DNA of 64,000 nt, from assembly GCA_034435015.1 (NCBI GenBank), contig DAOTYH010000069.1, positions 21,312 to 85,311 of the forward strand, written 5' to 3'. This DNA is from Anaerolineae bacterium. GTDB lineage: Bacteria > Chloroflexota > Anaerolineae > Aggregatilineales > UBA3940. This document shows, piece by piece, positions 9,664-18,237 of the stretch (its first letter is position 1; each line of letters begins with the position of its first letter). A program made the translations under genes and the position numbers. The notes beneath the pieces are model-generated. The model made no database searches. It saw only the letters and a list, made by a program, of their open reading frames with translations, and was not told the DNA's origin.

Positions 9664-9977
9664 CCTTTCTCTTGAGAACGAACACGGGTGAGGGGGGCTG
9701 TGCCAATGAAGTAAGTCTACTCACAGGCCTTCCCTTATTGCAAGCGGGCTGGGGAGCACCTCGCCCGTCTCTGAACAGCCTGAGCGGCACAGCTTTTTAA
9801 GGTTATGGTATGGTTTGAATCAAGCGCGAAGCGGTAGGGTATATCCCCATTCAAAAGGAAGGGGGTTGATGTTACAGTGAAGATGCCTTCATTGTGGGCG
9901 GGGGCCTTTTATCTATTTCAATTATCCCCTGCCATCCTTGGAGGTAACTTCACGAGCGGGATCGTCAAGAAGGACAT

Positions 9978-11000
9978 ATGACCTACCGACATCAGTTTCT
10001 TGTGATCGCCTTGGTTCTCGCCGCCGCATTCTGTCTGTCTGCCTGCGGCGGCCCGGCGTCTGAACCTGCCGACACGGGGAATCGTGACCGCGTCGCTGTT
10101 CAGCTTTCGTGGGTTCACACAATCGAGTTTGCCGGATTCTACATGGCCGAGGAGAAGGGATATTACTCGGAGGAGAATCTGGCGGTTGAATTGCGTCCGG
10201 GCGGGCTGGATGCCGAAGGGAATGTCATCAACGCCATTGACGAGGTTGTTGCAGGCCGCGCCGAGTTTGGAGTGTTTGACGGCGCTTCGCTGACGATAGC
10301 ACGAAACGAAGGGATACCGGTGGTGGCCATCGCGGCCATTTATCAGCGTAGCCCGGTGGCCTTTGTGTCGCTGGCGGAGAAGGGGATTGTCTCACCGCAG
10401 GACCTGATCGGGGCCAACGCGGCGATTGACCTGGCCTCCAGCGGCCCCCTCTTTTTCACCCTTCTGGCCAACCAGCATATTGACCCTGCACGGGTTAACG
10501 TTGTGCAACGCACTGACTTCAGCATTGAGCCGCTCATCAGCGGCGAGACGGATGTGATTGACGGATGGCTCACTAATGAAGTGGTGGCGTTGGAGATGGC
10601 AGGATACGAGAGCAGTATCATCCTGCCTTCTGAGTATGGCCTGGACATGTACCCGAACCTCATTTTCACCACCACCGACATGATTGCCAACCATCCCGAT
10701 CTGGTGGAGCGCTTCCTGCGGGCCACACTACGGGGGATGCAGAGTGCCATTGAAGACCCTAATACGGCGGCGGCGCTGGTGTTGAATTACAACAGCGAAA
10801 GAACCCTTGAAGTGGAGACAGCGGCCATGCAGAGGTCTCTGCCCTTGCTTGCGCCGGCAGGAAGCCGGCCCGGTATGATGCGTGCCGATGTGTGGTATGT
10901 TACCTATCAGCTTTTGGCTGACCAAGGCCTCATTGACAGGACGCTGGACATCAATCAGGTCTATACGATGGAGTTTCTTAACAGGATTTATGGCGGGTAG
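9978..11000 (+). CDS. Lipoprotein, NMT1/THI5-like (NitT/TauT-family) ABC substrate-binding protein; orphan, with no cognate permease or ATPase nearby
   Basis: A lipobox-type signal peptide is present (LVLAAAFCLSACGG). VQLSWVHTIEFAGFYMAEEKGYY is typical of the NMT1/THI5-like SBP fold. The gene ends 21 nt before the giant kinase gene. Confidence 0.8.
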   Translation: MTYRHQFLVIALVLAAAFCLSACGGPASEPADTGNRDRVAVQLSWVHTIEFAGFYMAEEKGYYSEENLAVELRPGGLDAEGNVINAIDEVVAGRAEFGVFDGASLTIARNEGIPVVAIAAIYQRSPVAFVSLAEKGIVSPQDLIGANAAIDLASSGPLFFTLLANQHIDPARVNVVQRTDFSIEPLISGETDVIDGWLTNEVVALEMAGYESSIILPSEYGLDMYPNLIFTTTDMIANHPDLVERFLRATLRGMQSAIEDPNTAAALVLNYNSERTLEVETAAMQRSLPLLAPAGSRPGMMRADVWYVTYQLLADQGLIDRTLDINQVYTMEFLNRIYGG

Positions 11001-11021
11001 CTGTCCGCCGGGGGAGACGCT

Positions 11022-14000
11022 ATGAGTGTGACTGCGTCGTCAAACAAAGAGAGCCAGGTGGAACTGCCCTTACACCGGCAACTCCGCTGGAATCTGGTGT
11101 TTTACTTCGTTTTGCTGGCTGTATTGCCATTAGGGATAGTTGTTTCTATCCTGCTGGCGCGGACCAGCATACAGAGCAGGGAACAGGTCGTTAACCAGCT
11201 TGAGTCGGTGGCGGCACTCAAAAGCCAGCAGATCTCAAACTGGCTGTCTGATGCCGGGATGGCGATGGATACCATCCTAGCCGGACAGGGCCGCCAGAAC
11301 CTGTTTGCTGAGTTGGCCTTCGCTCCTGTAGTGGATCGCACCAAACAGGAGACAGCCAATGCTATTCTGGCGGAGGCTGTTCAGGCGAATGCCAACTTCG
11401 CTGAGCTGTTCCTGTACAACATACGCGGCGAAGTGATCGCTTCCTCTGACCCCAATCAGATCGGGAAGGTGGTCGCGCGTCAGCCGTTCTTCAGCGCCAG
11501 TCTGGCGGGAAATGTGGTTCAGCCGCCCTACTATGAACTGCGCACCGGCAACCTGACGCTGATCATTACCCGGCCTGTGCGGTCATCAAACGGCAGTATC
11601 ATTGGTGTGCTGGCAGGCAGGCTGAGTCTGGATATGCTGGCCAATCTCATGGCCGAGCGTACCGGCCTTGGCGAGACGGGTGAAACCTATCTGGTCAGCG
11701 CTGAGAGTAACTACCTGCTGACTCCCAGCCGCTCTGAGGGCTATCCGTTGACACGTGCCTATCACAGTGAAGGCATTGATGCGGCCCTGCGGGGCGAGAA
11801 CGGCGTCGGCCTCTACTATGATTACCGAGATCCGCCGGTGCAGGTACTGGGTGCTTATCGGTGGGTGCCGGAGCTTCAGGCCGCCCTGCTGGCTGAACAG
11901 GACCAGGCCGAGGCGCTGGCTGATGCGGTCCGGGCGCGCAACTTCAGCATTGGGTCGGCGATATTGGCGGCGATGGCGGCAGTAGCGGTCGGCTACCTGA
12001 CCGTCTCACGAGTCACCCAGCCTGTTACCGTTCTAACTCAGACAGCAACCCGCATTGCTGAAGGCGACCTGAGCGAGCGGGCGGAGGTCAAGGAAGAAAA
12101 CGAGATCGGTCTGCTGGCCTCTGCCTTCAACACGATGGCTGATCAGTTGCAGGATATGATCGGCTCGCTGGAACACCGCGTCGAAGCCCGCACGCGCGAC
12201 CTGCAGGTCGCGGCGGAGGTGTCACAACAGCTTACTTCCCTGCTTGATCTGGATCAGCTACTGCCCCAATTGGTTGAGCTGACGAAGAGCAGTTTCAGCC
12301 TCTACCATGCCCACGTCTATCTGCTGGACGAGGCACGCGAGTGGCTGATCATGACGGCTGGCGCGGGCGAAGCCGGGCGGATCATGAAGGAACACGGGCA
12401 CAAAATCCCTCTGAACGCTGAGCGCAGTCTGGTGGCCCGTGCGGCCCGTGAGCGTGAAGCCGTCATCATCAGCGACGTGCTTAAGGAGCCGGACTTCCTG
12501 CCCAACCCCCTCCTGCCGCAAACCCGTTCTGAGATGGCTGTGCCGATGGCTCGGGGCGAGGAAGTGATCGGCGTGCTGGACGTTCAGTCCGAACAGGTGG
12601 ACCGCTTCTCTAAAGATGAGATGCTGGTCATGACCACGCTGGCCGGTCAGGTGGCAGTGGCGGTGGAGAATGCCCGCGCCTTTGCTCAGCTTCAGAAGGC
12701 GCAGGAAGAAACGCAGGCCCTCCTGCTCGAGCTGGCCCAGCGGGATATGTTCTCCGTCGGTACATCTCGTATTGCTACCAGCCTCCTGAAAGGCGGTCTG
12801 AGCGAGCTTAAGAACGCGCTGGAGACACTGGGGCAGATCACAAGTGTCAGCCGGGTGTATATCTTTGAGAACTTCACCAACCCTGCCGGCGCGTTGTGTA
12901 TGCGCCAGACGCATGAGTGGGTAGCGGAGGGAATCACCCCCCAGATTGGCAATGAGGAATTGCAGTCCCTCCCCTATGATGCCTTGCCCCACCTGCGCGA
13001 TGCCCTAAGCCGGGGCGAGGTCTTTAAGGGGCTGGTGCGTGATCTGCCAGAGCCGGAACACGGATTGATGGCCGGGCAGGACATCCGCTCAATGGCGGTA
13101 CTGCCCATCTATATTGGAGAGGAATGGTACGGCTTCATCGGCCTGGATGACTGCGAGCAGGAACGCGAGTGGTCTCCGCTGGAGATCGAGCTGTTACAGA
13201 CAGTCAGCACCGCGATCTCCTATGCCATCTCCGGCGCCCGCCTGCTCAAGCGGACGCAGGATGCACTGGCACAGGTAGAGACCCTCTATGCCATGAGCCG
13301 GGCCTTCATTGGCGCACGGGGGCCGCAGGAACTGCTGGAGGCGTTTGTTGGGTTGAATGTGTCCTCCGGCGCTTACAACGCCTACCTGAACTACATCCAC
13401 TTTAATCAAGACGGCATGCCGGAGTGGTCTGAGGTGGCCGGCAATGTGACGAGGGTGCCGGTGGCAGTTGATCAGCCCATCGGCACCAAGCGGCGTATCA
13501 CCTCCGCCGCGGCCCAGCAGATCCTCTCCGGCGAGCGCGGGATCACGGTGATCGCCGACAGCGAGGCGGAAGGTGAGGCTGTCAATTCTCCGTTTGTCGA
13601 GATGCTCCGTGCCCTCAAGATGCGTTCGGCGGCGGTTATACCTCTTGTCCCGCCCGGCGGAAACCTGCTGGGAACGATTACCCTGACATGGCCGGAGCCG
13701 CATCAGGTAAGCGAGCAGGAGATACAGCTTTACGAGGTTGTAGCGCCTCAGATGGCGACCATACTCGAAAACCTGCGGCTGTATGAGGAGACGGAGGCGT
13801 CCCGTAAACGGTTCGAGGACGTGGCCCTCAGCTCGTCTGACTGGGTGTGGGAGACAGACGCAGAGGGGCGCTACACCTACTGCTCGGAGCGTGTGAGGGA
13901 TGTGCTGGGCTACGCGCCGGAGGAGGTGATCGGCAGAACCCCCTTTGATTTTATGATCCCAGGTGAGGCTGAGCGGGTGCTGAATCTGTTCCGTGATATC

Positions 14001-17000
14001 GCGGCCAACCGGCGGCGTATCGTTGACTTGGAAAACTGGAACTATCGCAAAGACGGCACGGAGGTCTGCATGCTGACCAGCGGCGTGCCGATTCTGGATG
14101 CCGGCGGCAACCTGCTCGGCTATCGCGGTGTTGACAAGGACATCACCCGCCAGAAGAACTTCGAGCGGCGGCAGAACCTCGCCTATGAACTGGGTCAGGA
14201 GCTGGCAACCCTGCTTGATCTCGACACGGTGCTTCAGCGGACGATAGCCCGTTTGAGCGAAGCGTTCGGTTACTACCATGCGCACATCTACCTGCTGGAC
14301 GAAGATGGCGCTTACCTGTCGGTCCGTGAGGGGCTGGGTGAGGCGGGCCGGGTGCTGAAGGAGCAGAAGCACCGCATCCCGCTCCATGCCGAGAAGAGCC
14401 TGGTGGCCCGTGCGGCCCGTTCGTTGAAGCCGGTGATTGTTAACGACGTGTCGCAAAACCCTGACTTCCTGCCTAACCCCCTGTTGCCGGAGACGCGCTC
14501 TGAGGTGGCCGTACCTCTGTTCGTAGGCCAGCAGTTGCTGGGGGTGCTGGACGTACAACAGAACAGCGTCAATGCCTTCGAAGAGGACGAACTTCGTATC
14601 CTGCTGATCATTGCTAACCAGCTTGCGGCCTCAGTTGCCAATGCCCGCCTGTTTGAGCAGACGCAGGAGGCCTTGGCTGAGACGCAGACGCTGTATCAGG
14701 CCAGCCAGAAGTTCATTCAGGCAGGCGGCCCTGAGGATGTTCTGAGGGCTCTGGCGGACATTGTGCCTTACCGCGACACGCTTGGCGTGCTGTTGTTCTA
14801 CTACGATGTGGACGAAGAGGGCCAGCCGATATGGGCGGAGCTGGCGGCACAGGTTCAGATCAGCGGCGAGCCTGCTATGAGTGTCGGCACGCGCTTCCCT
14901 GTTGCCGACCTGATGTTGACGCGCTGGCTGATCGAGGACCCCTACCGTCCGCAACACATTACCGACCTGCTGGATGCCAGCAATGAGGCTAGCGTAGAGA
15001 TTGCCCAAAGCGTACCGATAGGCGGAATTCGGTCTATTGTGGCTATTCCCCTGACCATTGGCCGCCGCCGTTTAGGCGCGGTTGCCCTGACATGGCAACA
15101 GCCGCGTGAGTTCGATGAGCGGGAGCTTCGTCTTTACGAAACGCTTGGCCCGCAGGCGGCGGCCCTGCTGGAGAGCCAGCGCCTGCTGATGGAGACCAAG
15201 ACTTCTGAGCAGTTGGTCCGCTCGGTGATTGATGCCAGCACCGACTGGATCTGGGCTAAAGACCGCAACTTCCGCTTCATTCTGGCCAACCGTATCATGG
15301 CTGATCAGCTTTACGGCCTAACGCCTGAGGAGATTGTCGGCAGGGATGACTACGATTTCGCCCCGAAGGAGCTGGTTGACGGCGACCCCTCACGTGGGAT
15401 TCGCGGCTTCCGTGTTGATGATGAGGCCGCTCTAAGGGGAGAGACAGTCCACAACCCCTATGATGTGGTACAGTTCAAAGATGGCTCTGAGCATATTCTG
15501 GACACGATCAAAGTGCCGCTGTACGACGCCGAGGGGAACATCATTGGCGTGCTGGGCGTGGGCCGTGACATCACCGAGCGCGAACGCACCCGCCGCCGTC
15601 AGCAGGCCGCTTATGAACTGGGCCAGCGGCTGGCCGCCCTGCTTGATCCTGAGGAACTGCTCAAGGAGACGGTCAACCGTCTGGCTGAGACCTTCGAGTA
15701 TTACCATGTGCATGTGTACTTGCTGGATGAAGAGGGGCAACGGTTAGTCGTCCGCGAGGGTCTGGGGCAGGTCGGCCAGATGCTGAAGGAGATGGGACAT
15801 GCCATCCCGCTGGATGCCGAGCGCAGTCTGGTGGCCCGCTCTGGCCGTACACTGGAGCCGGTCATCGTCAACGATGTGACTGAAGACCCCGATCACCTGC
15901 CCAACCCCCTCCTGCCGCTTACGCGCTCTGAGGTGGCTGTTCCGCTGATCGTCGGTTCACGGCTGGTGGGCGTGCTGGACGTCCAGCAGAAGGAAGCAGG
16001 GGCATTTGACGAGGATGAAATCCGGACCCTGTCCATCATTGCCAATCAGCTTGCAGTTGCCCTGGCCAACGCTCAACTGTTTGCTGAGAATGCCCAGCGC
16101 CTTGCCATCATAGAGAACTCTGCTAACGCAGTAGCGTTGGGTGATCTGAACGGCGGGTTTATCTATGGCAACCCAGTCCTGCGCGGGCTGTTGGGTGATA
16201 TACCAGCCGAAGAGGTGCGCCGTCATAAGTTTGCCGATCTGGTTGATCCGGAGACCCGGAGGTACGTAGCGGAAACCATCATGCCCCTTCTGCATGAACG
16301 GGGCAGATGGCACGGCGAGGCGACGCTGTACCGCAGTGACGGCTCTCCCTTCCCGGCTGAGGTAACGCTCTTCCTCATCCATGATGAGCAGGGACAGCCC
16401 CGCAACATCGCCGCCATCATCACGGACATCACTGAACGCAAGCAGGCTGAGGAGGCCCGGCGTCAGCAGGAGCAGTTGCTCCGCCTGATCATTGACACCA
16501 GCCCGGACTGGATTTTCGTTAAGGACCTCCAGTACCGCTACATGCTGGTCAACAAGGCCTTTGCTGAGTACTACGGCCAGCGTACCCCTGAGGAGATGGT
16601 GGGCAAGGATGACTACGATCTGGGCACACCGGCCTACCTGATCGAGGGTGACCCGGAGAAGGGCATACGCGGTTTCCGTACCGATGACCGGGCTGTGCTG
16701 GAGCAAGGGGAAACTATCTTCAACCCCTACGATGTGGTGAACTACGCTGACGGCACACTCCATGTGTTTGAAACTGAAAAGCTCCCCCTGCGGGATACAA
16801 CAGGGGAGGTGATCGGTGTGCTGGGGCTGGCCCGTGACGTAACCGAGCGTGAGGAGGCACGCCGCCGCCAGCAGGCCGCTTATGAGCTGGCCCGGCAGTT
16901 GACTACCCTGCTCGATGTGGATACCTTGCTCCGTGAGACACTGGTCCGCCTGAAAGAGACCTTCGGCTACTACCATGCTCACGTGTATCTGCTGGATAAG

Positions 17001-18185
17001 GAGTACGGCACCAAGCTGGTGGTGCGTGAGGGCCTTGGCGAGGCAGGGAAAATACTCAAGGAGATGGGGCATACCATCCCTGTAGATGCTGAACGTAGTC
17101 TGGTGGCCCGCGCGGCCCGTACACTGGAGCCGGTGGTGGTCAATGATGTGACCCAGAGTCCTGACCACCTGCCCAACCCCCTGTTGCCGGAGACGGCCTC
17201 TGAGGTGGCTGTGCCGCTGGTGCTGGGCGACAAGCTGTTGGGCGTGCTCGACGTGCAGGACAGCCGGGTGGGGCACTTTGACGAAGACGAGGTGCGTACA
17301 CTGCTCATCGTGGCCAACCAGCTCGCGGTGGCGCTGTCGAACGCGGCCCTGTACTTGGAGCAGTTGGAGACTGCCGAGCGGCTTCGTGAGCTGGATAAGC
17401 TCAAATCCGAGTTTCTGGCCAACATGAGCCATGAACTGCGTACCCCGCTCAACTCGATCATCGGCTACTCGGAGTTGTTGATTGACGACCTGGGCGACAC
17501 ATTGGATGAGATGTCGCTCGAAGACCTGAAGGCCATCCACTCCAGCGGCAATCACCTGCTGATGATCATCAATGACATCCTTGACCTGTCCAAGATTGCG
17601 GCGGGCCGCATGGAACTGAATAAGATGGCGGTAGACATCCCCGCCTTCCTGCCGCAGATAGCGGATATGTCGCGCGTGCTGTTGAAGGACAAGCCGGATG
17701 TCGAACTGCGGCTGGATATGCCGGATGCCCTGCCGGCGCTTCAGGCTGACCCGGTACGCCTGCGCCAGATCGTCTGGAATCTGCTCAGCAATGCCATCAA
17801 GTTCACCGATCATGGCTTTGTCCGGCTGTCGTGCTGGGCAGATAGCGATTGGATGTACATTGCTGTACAGGATACGGGCGTTGGCATTCCGCCGGAACAT
17901 CATGAGACAGTGTTCGATCAGTTCCGTCAGGTGGACGGCTCGGCAACCCGCAAAGCAGGCGGCACCGGGCTGGGCCTGACTATCTCGCGGCAGTTGGCGC
18001 GTCTGCATGGGGGCGACATCGAATTGGAGAGCGAGGTTGGCAAGGGAAGCCTGTTTACCCTCAAACTGCCTCTTGAGGGGGCTGTACAGCCGGCTGTAAC
18101 TCCCGCTGAGGAGTCAGCGGACGGAGCAGGCGGCAATGGCGCTAGGCGCGAGGCTGAGCGGGAAGCAAAGGTGACAGGCGACTGA
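11022..18185 (+). CDS. Giant multi-sensor histidine kinase: TM, Cache-like periplasmic domain, TM, HAMP, multiple GAF and PAS domains, HisKA, HATPase
   Basis: Two TM helices flank a periplasmic domain of about 260 aa. A HAMP domain follows (EGDLSERAEV...AFNTMADQL). Four near-identical GAF cores (YYHAHVYLLDE...SLVARAAR...PNPLLPETRSEVAVPL...GVLDVQ) and several PAS domains are present. The H-box is MSHELRTPLNSI. N/G boxes are NAIKFT and GTGLGLTIS. Confidence 0.95.
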   Translation: MSVTASSNKESQVELPLHRQLRWNLVFYFVLLAVLPLGIVVSILLARTSIQSREQVVNQLESVAALKSQQISNWLSDAGMAMDTILAGQGRQNLFAELAFAPVVDRTKQETANAILAEAVQANANFAELFLYNIRGEVIASSDPNQIGKVVARQPFFSASLAGNVVQPPYYELRTGNLTLIITRPVRSSNGSIIGVLAGRLSLDMLANLMAERTGLGETGETYLVSAESNYLLTPSRSEGYPLTRAYHSEGIDAALRGENGVGLYYDYRDPPVQVLGAYRWVPELQAALLAEQDQAEALADAVRARNFSIGSAILAAMAAVAVGYLTVSRVTQPVTVLTQTATRIAEGDLSERAEVKEENEIGLLASAFNTMADQLQDMIGSLEHRVEARTRDLQVAAEVSQQLTSLLDLDQLLPQLVELTKSSFSLYHAHVYLLDEAREWLIMTAGAGEAGRIMKEHGHKIPLNAERSLVARAAREREAVIISDVLKEPDFLPNPLLPQTRSEMAVPMARGEEVIGVLDVQSEQVDRFSKDEMLVMTTLAGQVAVAVENARAFAQLQKAQEETQALLLELAQRDMFSVGTSRIATSLLKGGLSELKNALETLGQITSVSRVYIFENFTNPAGALCMRQTHEWVAEGITPQIGNEELQSLPYDALPHLRDALSRGEVFKGLVRDLPEPEHGLMAGQDIRSMAVLPIYIGEEWYGFIGLDDCEQEREWSPLEIELLQTVSTAISYAISGARLLKRTQDALAQVETLYAMSRAFIGARGPQELLEAFVGLNVSSGAYNAYLNYIHFNQDGMPEWSEVAGNVTRVPVAVDQPIGTKRRITSAAAQQILSGERGITVIADSEAEGEAVNSPFVEMLRALKMRSAAVIPLVPPGGNLLGTITLTWPEPHQVSEQEIQLYEVVAPQMATILENLRLYEETEASRKRFEDVALSSSDWVWETDAEGRYTYCSERVRDVLGYAPEEVIGRTPFDFMIPGEAERVLNLFRDIAANRRRIVDLENWNYRKDGTEVCMLTSGVPILDAGGNLLGYRGVDKDITRQKNFERRQNLAYELGQELATLLDLDTVLQRTIARLSEAFGYYHAHIYLLDEDGAYLSVREGLGEAGRVLKEQKHRIPLHAEKSLVARAARSLKPVIVNDVSQNPDFLPNPLLPETRSEVAVPLFVGQQLLGVLDVQQNSVNAFEEDELRILLIIANQLAASVANARLFEQTQEALAETQTLYQASQKFIQAGGPEDVLRALADIVPYRDTLGVLLFYYDVDEEGQPIWAELAAQVQISGEPAMSVGTRFPVADLMLTRWLIEDPYRPQHITDLLDASNEASVEIAQSVPIGGIRSIVAIPLTIGRRRLGAVALTWQQPREFDERELRLYETLGPQAAALLESQRLLMETKTSEQLVRSVIDASTDWIWAKDRNFRFILANRIMADQLYGLTPEEIVGRDDYDFAPKELVDGDPSRGIRGFRVDDEAALRGETVHNPYDVVQFKDGSEHILDTIKVPLYDAEGNIIGVLGVGRDITERERTRRRQQAAYELGQRLAALLDPEELLKETVNRLAETFEYYHVHVYLLDEEGQRLVVREGLGQVGQMLKEMGHAIPLDAERSLVARSGRTLEPVIVNDVTEDPDHLPNPLLPLTRSEVAVPLIVGSRLVGVLDVQQKEAGAFDEDEIRTLSIIANQLAVALANAQLFAENAQRLAIIENSANAVALGDLNGGFIYGNPVLRGLLGDIPAEEVRRHKFADLVDPETRRYVAETIMPLLHERGRWHGEATLYRSDGSPFPAEVTLFLIHDEQGQPRNIAAIITDITERKQAEEARRQQEQLLRLIIDTSPDWIFVKDLQYRYMLVNKAFAEYYGQRTPEEMVGKDDYDLGTPAYLIEGDPEKGIRGFRTDDRAVLEQGETIFNPYDVVNYADGTLHVFETEKLPLRDTTGEVIGVLGLARDVTEREEARRRQQAAYELARQLTTLLDVDTLLRETLVRLKETFGYYHAHVYLLDKEYGTKLVVREGLGEAGKILKEMGHTIPVDAERSLVARAARTLEPVVVNDVTQSPDHLPNPLLPETASEVAVPLVLGDKLLGVLDVQDSRVGHFDEDEVRTLLIVANQLAVALSNAALYLEQLETAERLRELDKLKSEFLANMSHELRTPLNSIIGYSELLIDDLGDTLDEMSLEDLKAIHSSGNHLLMIINDILDLSKIAAGRMELNKMAVDIPAFLPQIADMSRVLLKDKPDVELRLDMPDALPALQADPVRLRQIVWNLLSNAIKFTDHGFVRLSCWADSDWMYIAVQDTGVGIPPEHHETVFDQFRQVDGSATRKAGGTGLGLTISRQLARLHGGDIELESEVGKGSLFTLKLPLEGAVQPAVTPAEESADGAGGNGARREAEREAKVTGD
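12205..17362 (+). repeat. Intragenic duplicated sensor modules inside the giant kinase
   Basis: GAF cores lie at about 12205-12690, 14173-14660, 15600-16088 and 16870-17362. Variant GAF-like modules lie at about 13255-13790 and 14665-15190. PAS-GAF units lie at about 15235-16088 and 16495-17362. Nucleotide strings recur, for example CTGGTGGCCCG(T/C)GCGGCCCGT at about 12431, 14401 and 17101. Confidence 0.8.
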
Positions 18186-18192
18186 GAATTCA

Positions 18193-18217
18193 GGGGGCGG
18201 GGATGCACCCTGCCCCC
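18193..18217 (+). other. GC-rich intercistronic hairpin between the kinase and the ThrC-like gene
   Basis: GGGGGCGGGG-ATGCA-CCCTGCCCCC forms a 10-bp stem with one G-U pair. No T-tract follows, so it is not a classical terminator. Confidence 0.4.
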
Positions 18218-18237
18218 GGCTAACTATCAAGGCGGAC

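Noticed and set aside
9730-9860. Possible TPP riboswitch upstream of the NMT1/THI5-like binding-protein gene
   Set aside because: Fragments are reminiscent of one (GGGGAGC..., CCTGAGC, TTTGAATC, GCGGTAGGG). However, the invariant CUGAGA and ACCUGAUCUGG...CCAGCG cores are absent and I could not build the P2/P4-P5 helices. An Rfam RF00059 cmscan would settle it.
15957-18008. 683-aa ORF on the minus strand inside the giant kinase gene, with similar ORFs at 13194-14558 and 12258-12992
   Set aside because: These are antisense shadow ORFs, which are typical of high-GC DNA. Their translations are Arg/Gln/His-rich low-complexity sequence without motifs, while the + strand frame has unambiguous kinase, GAF and PAS motifs.
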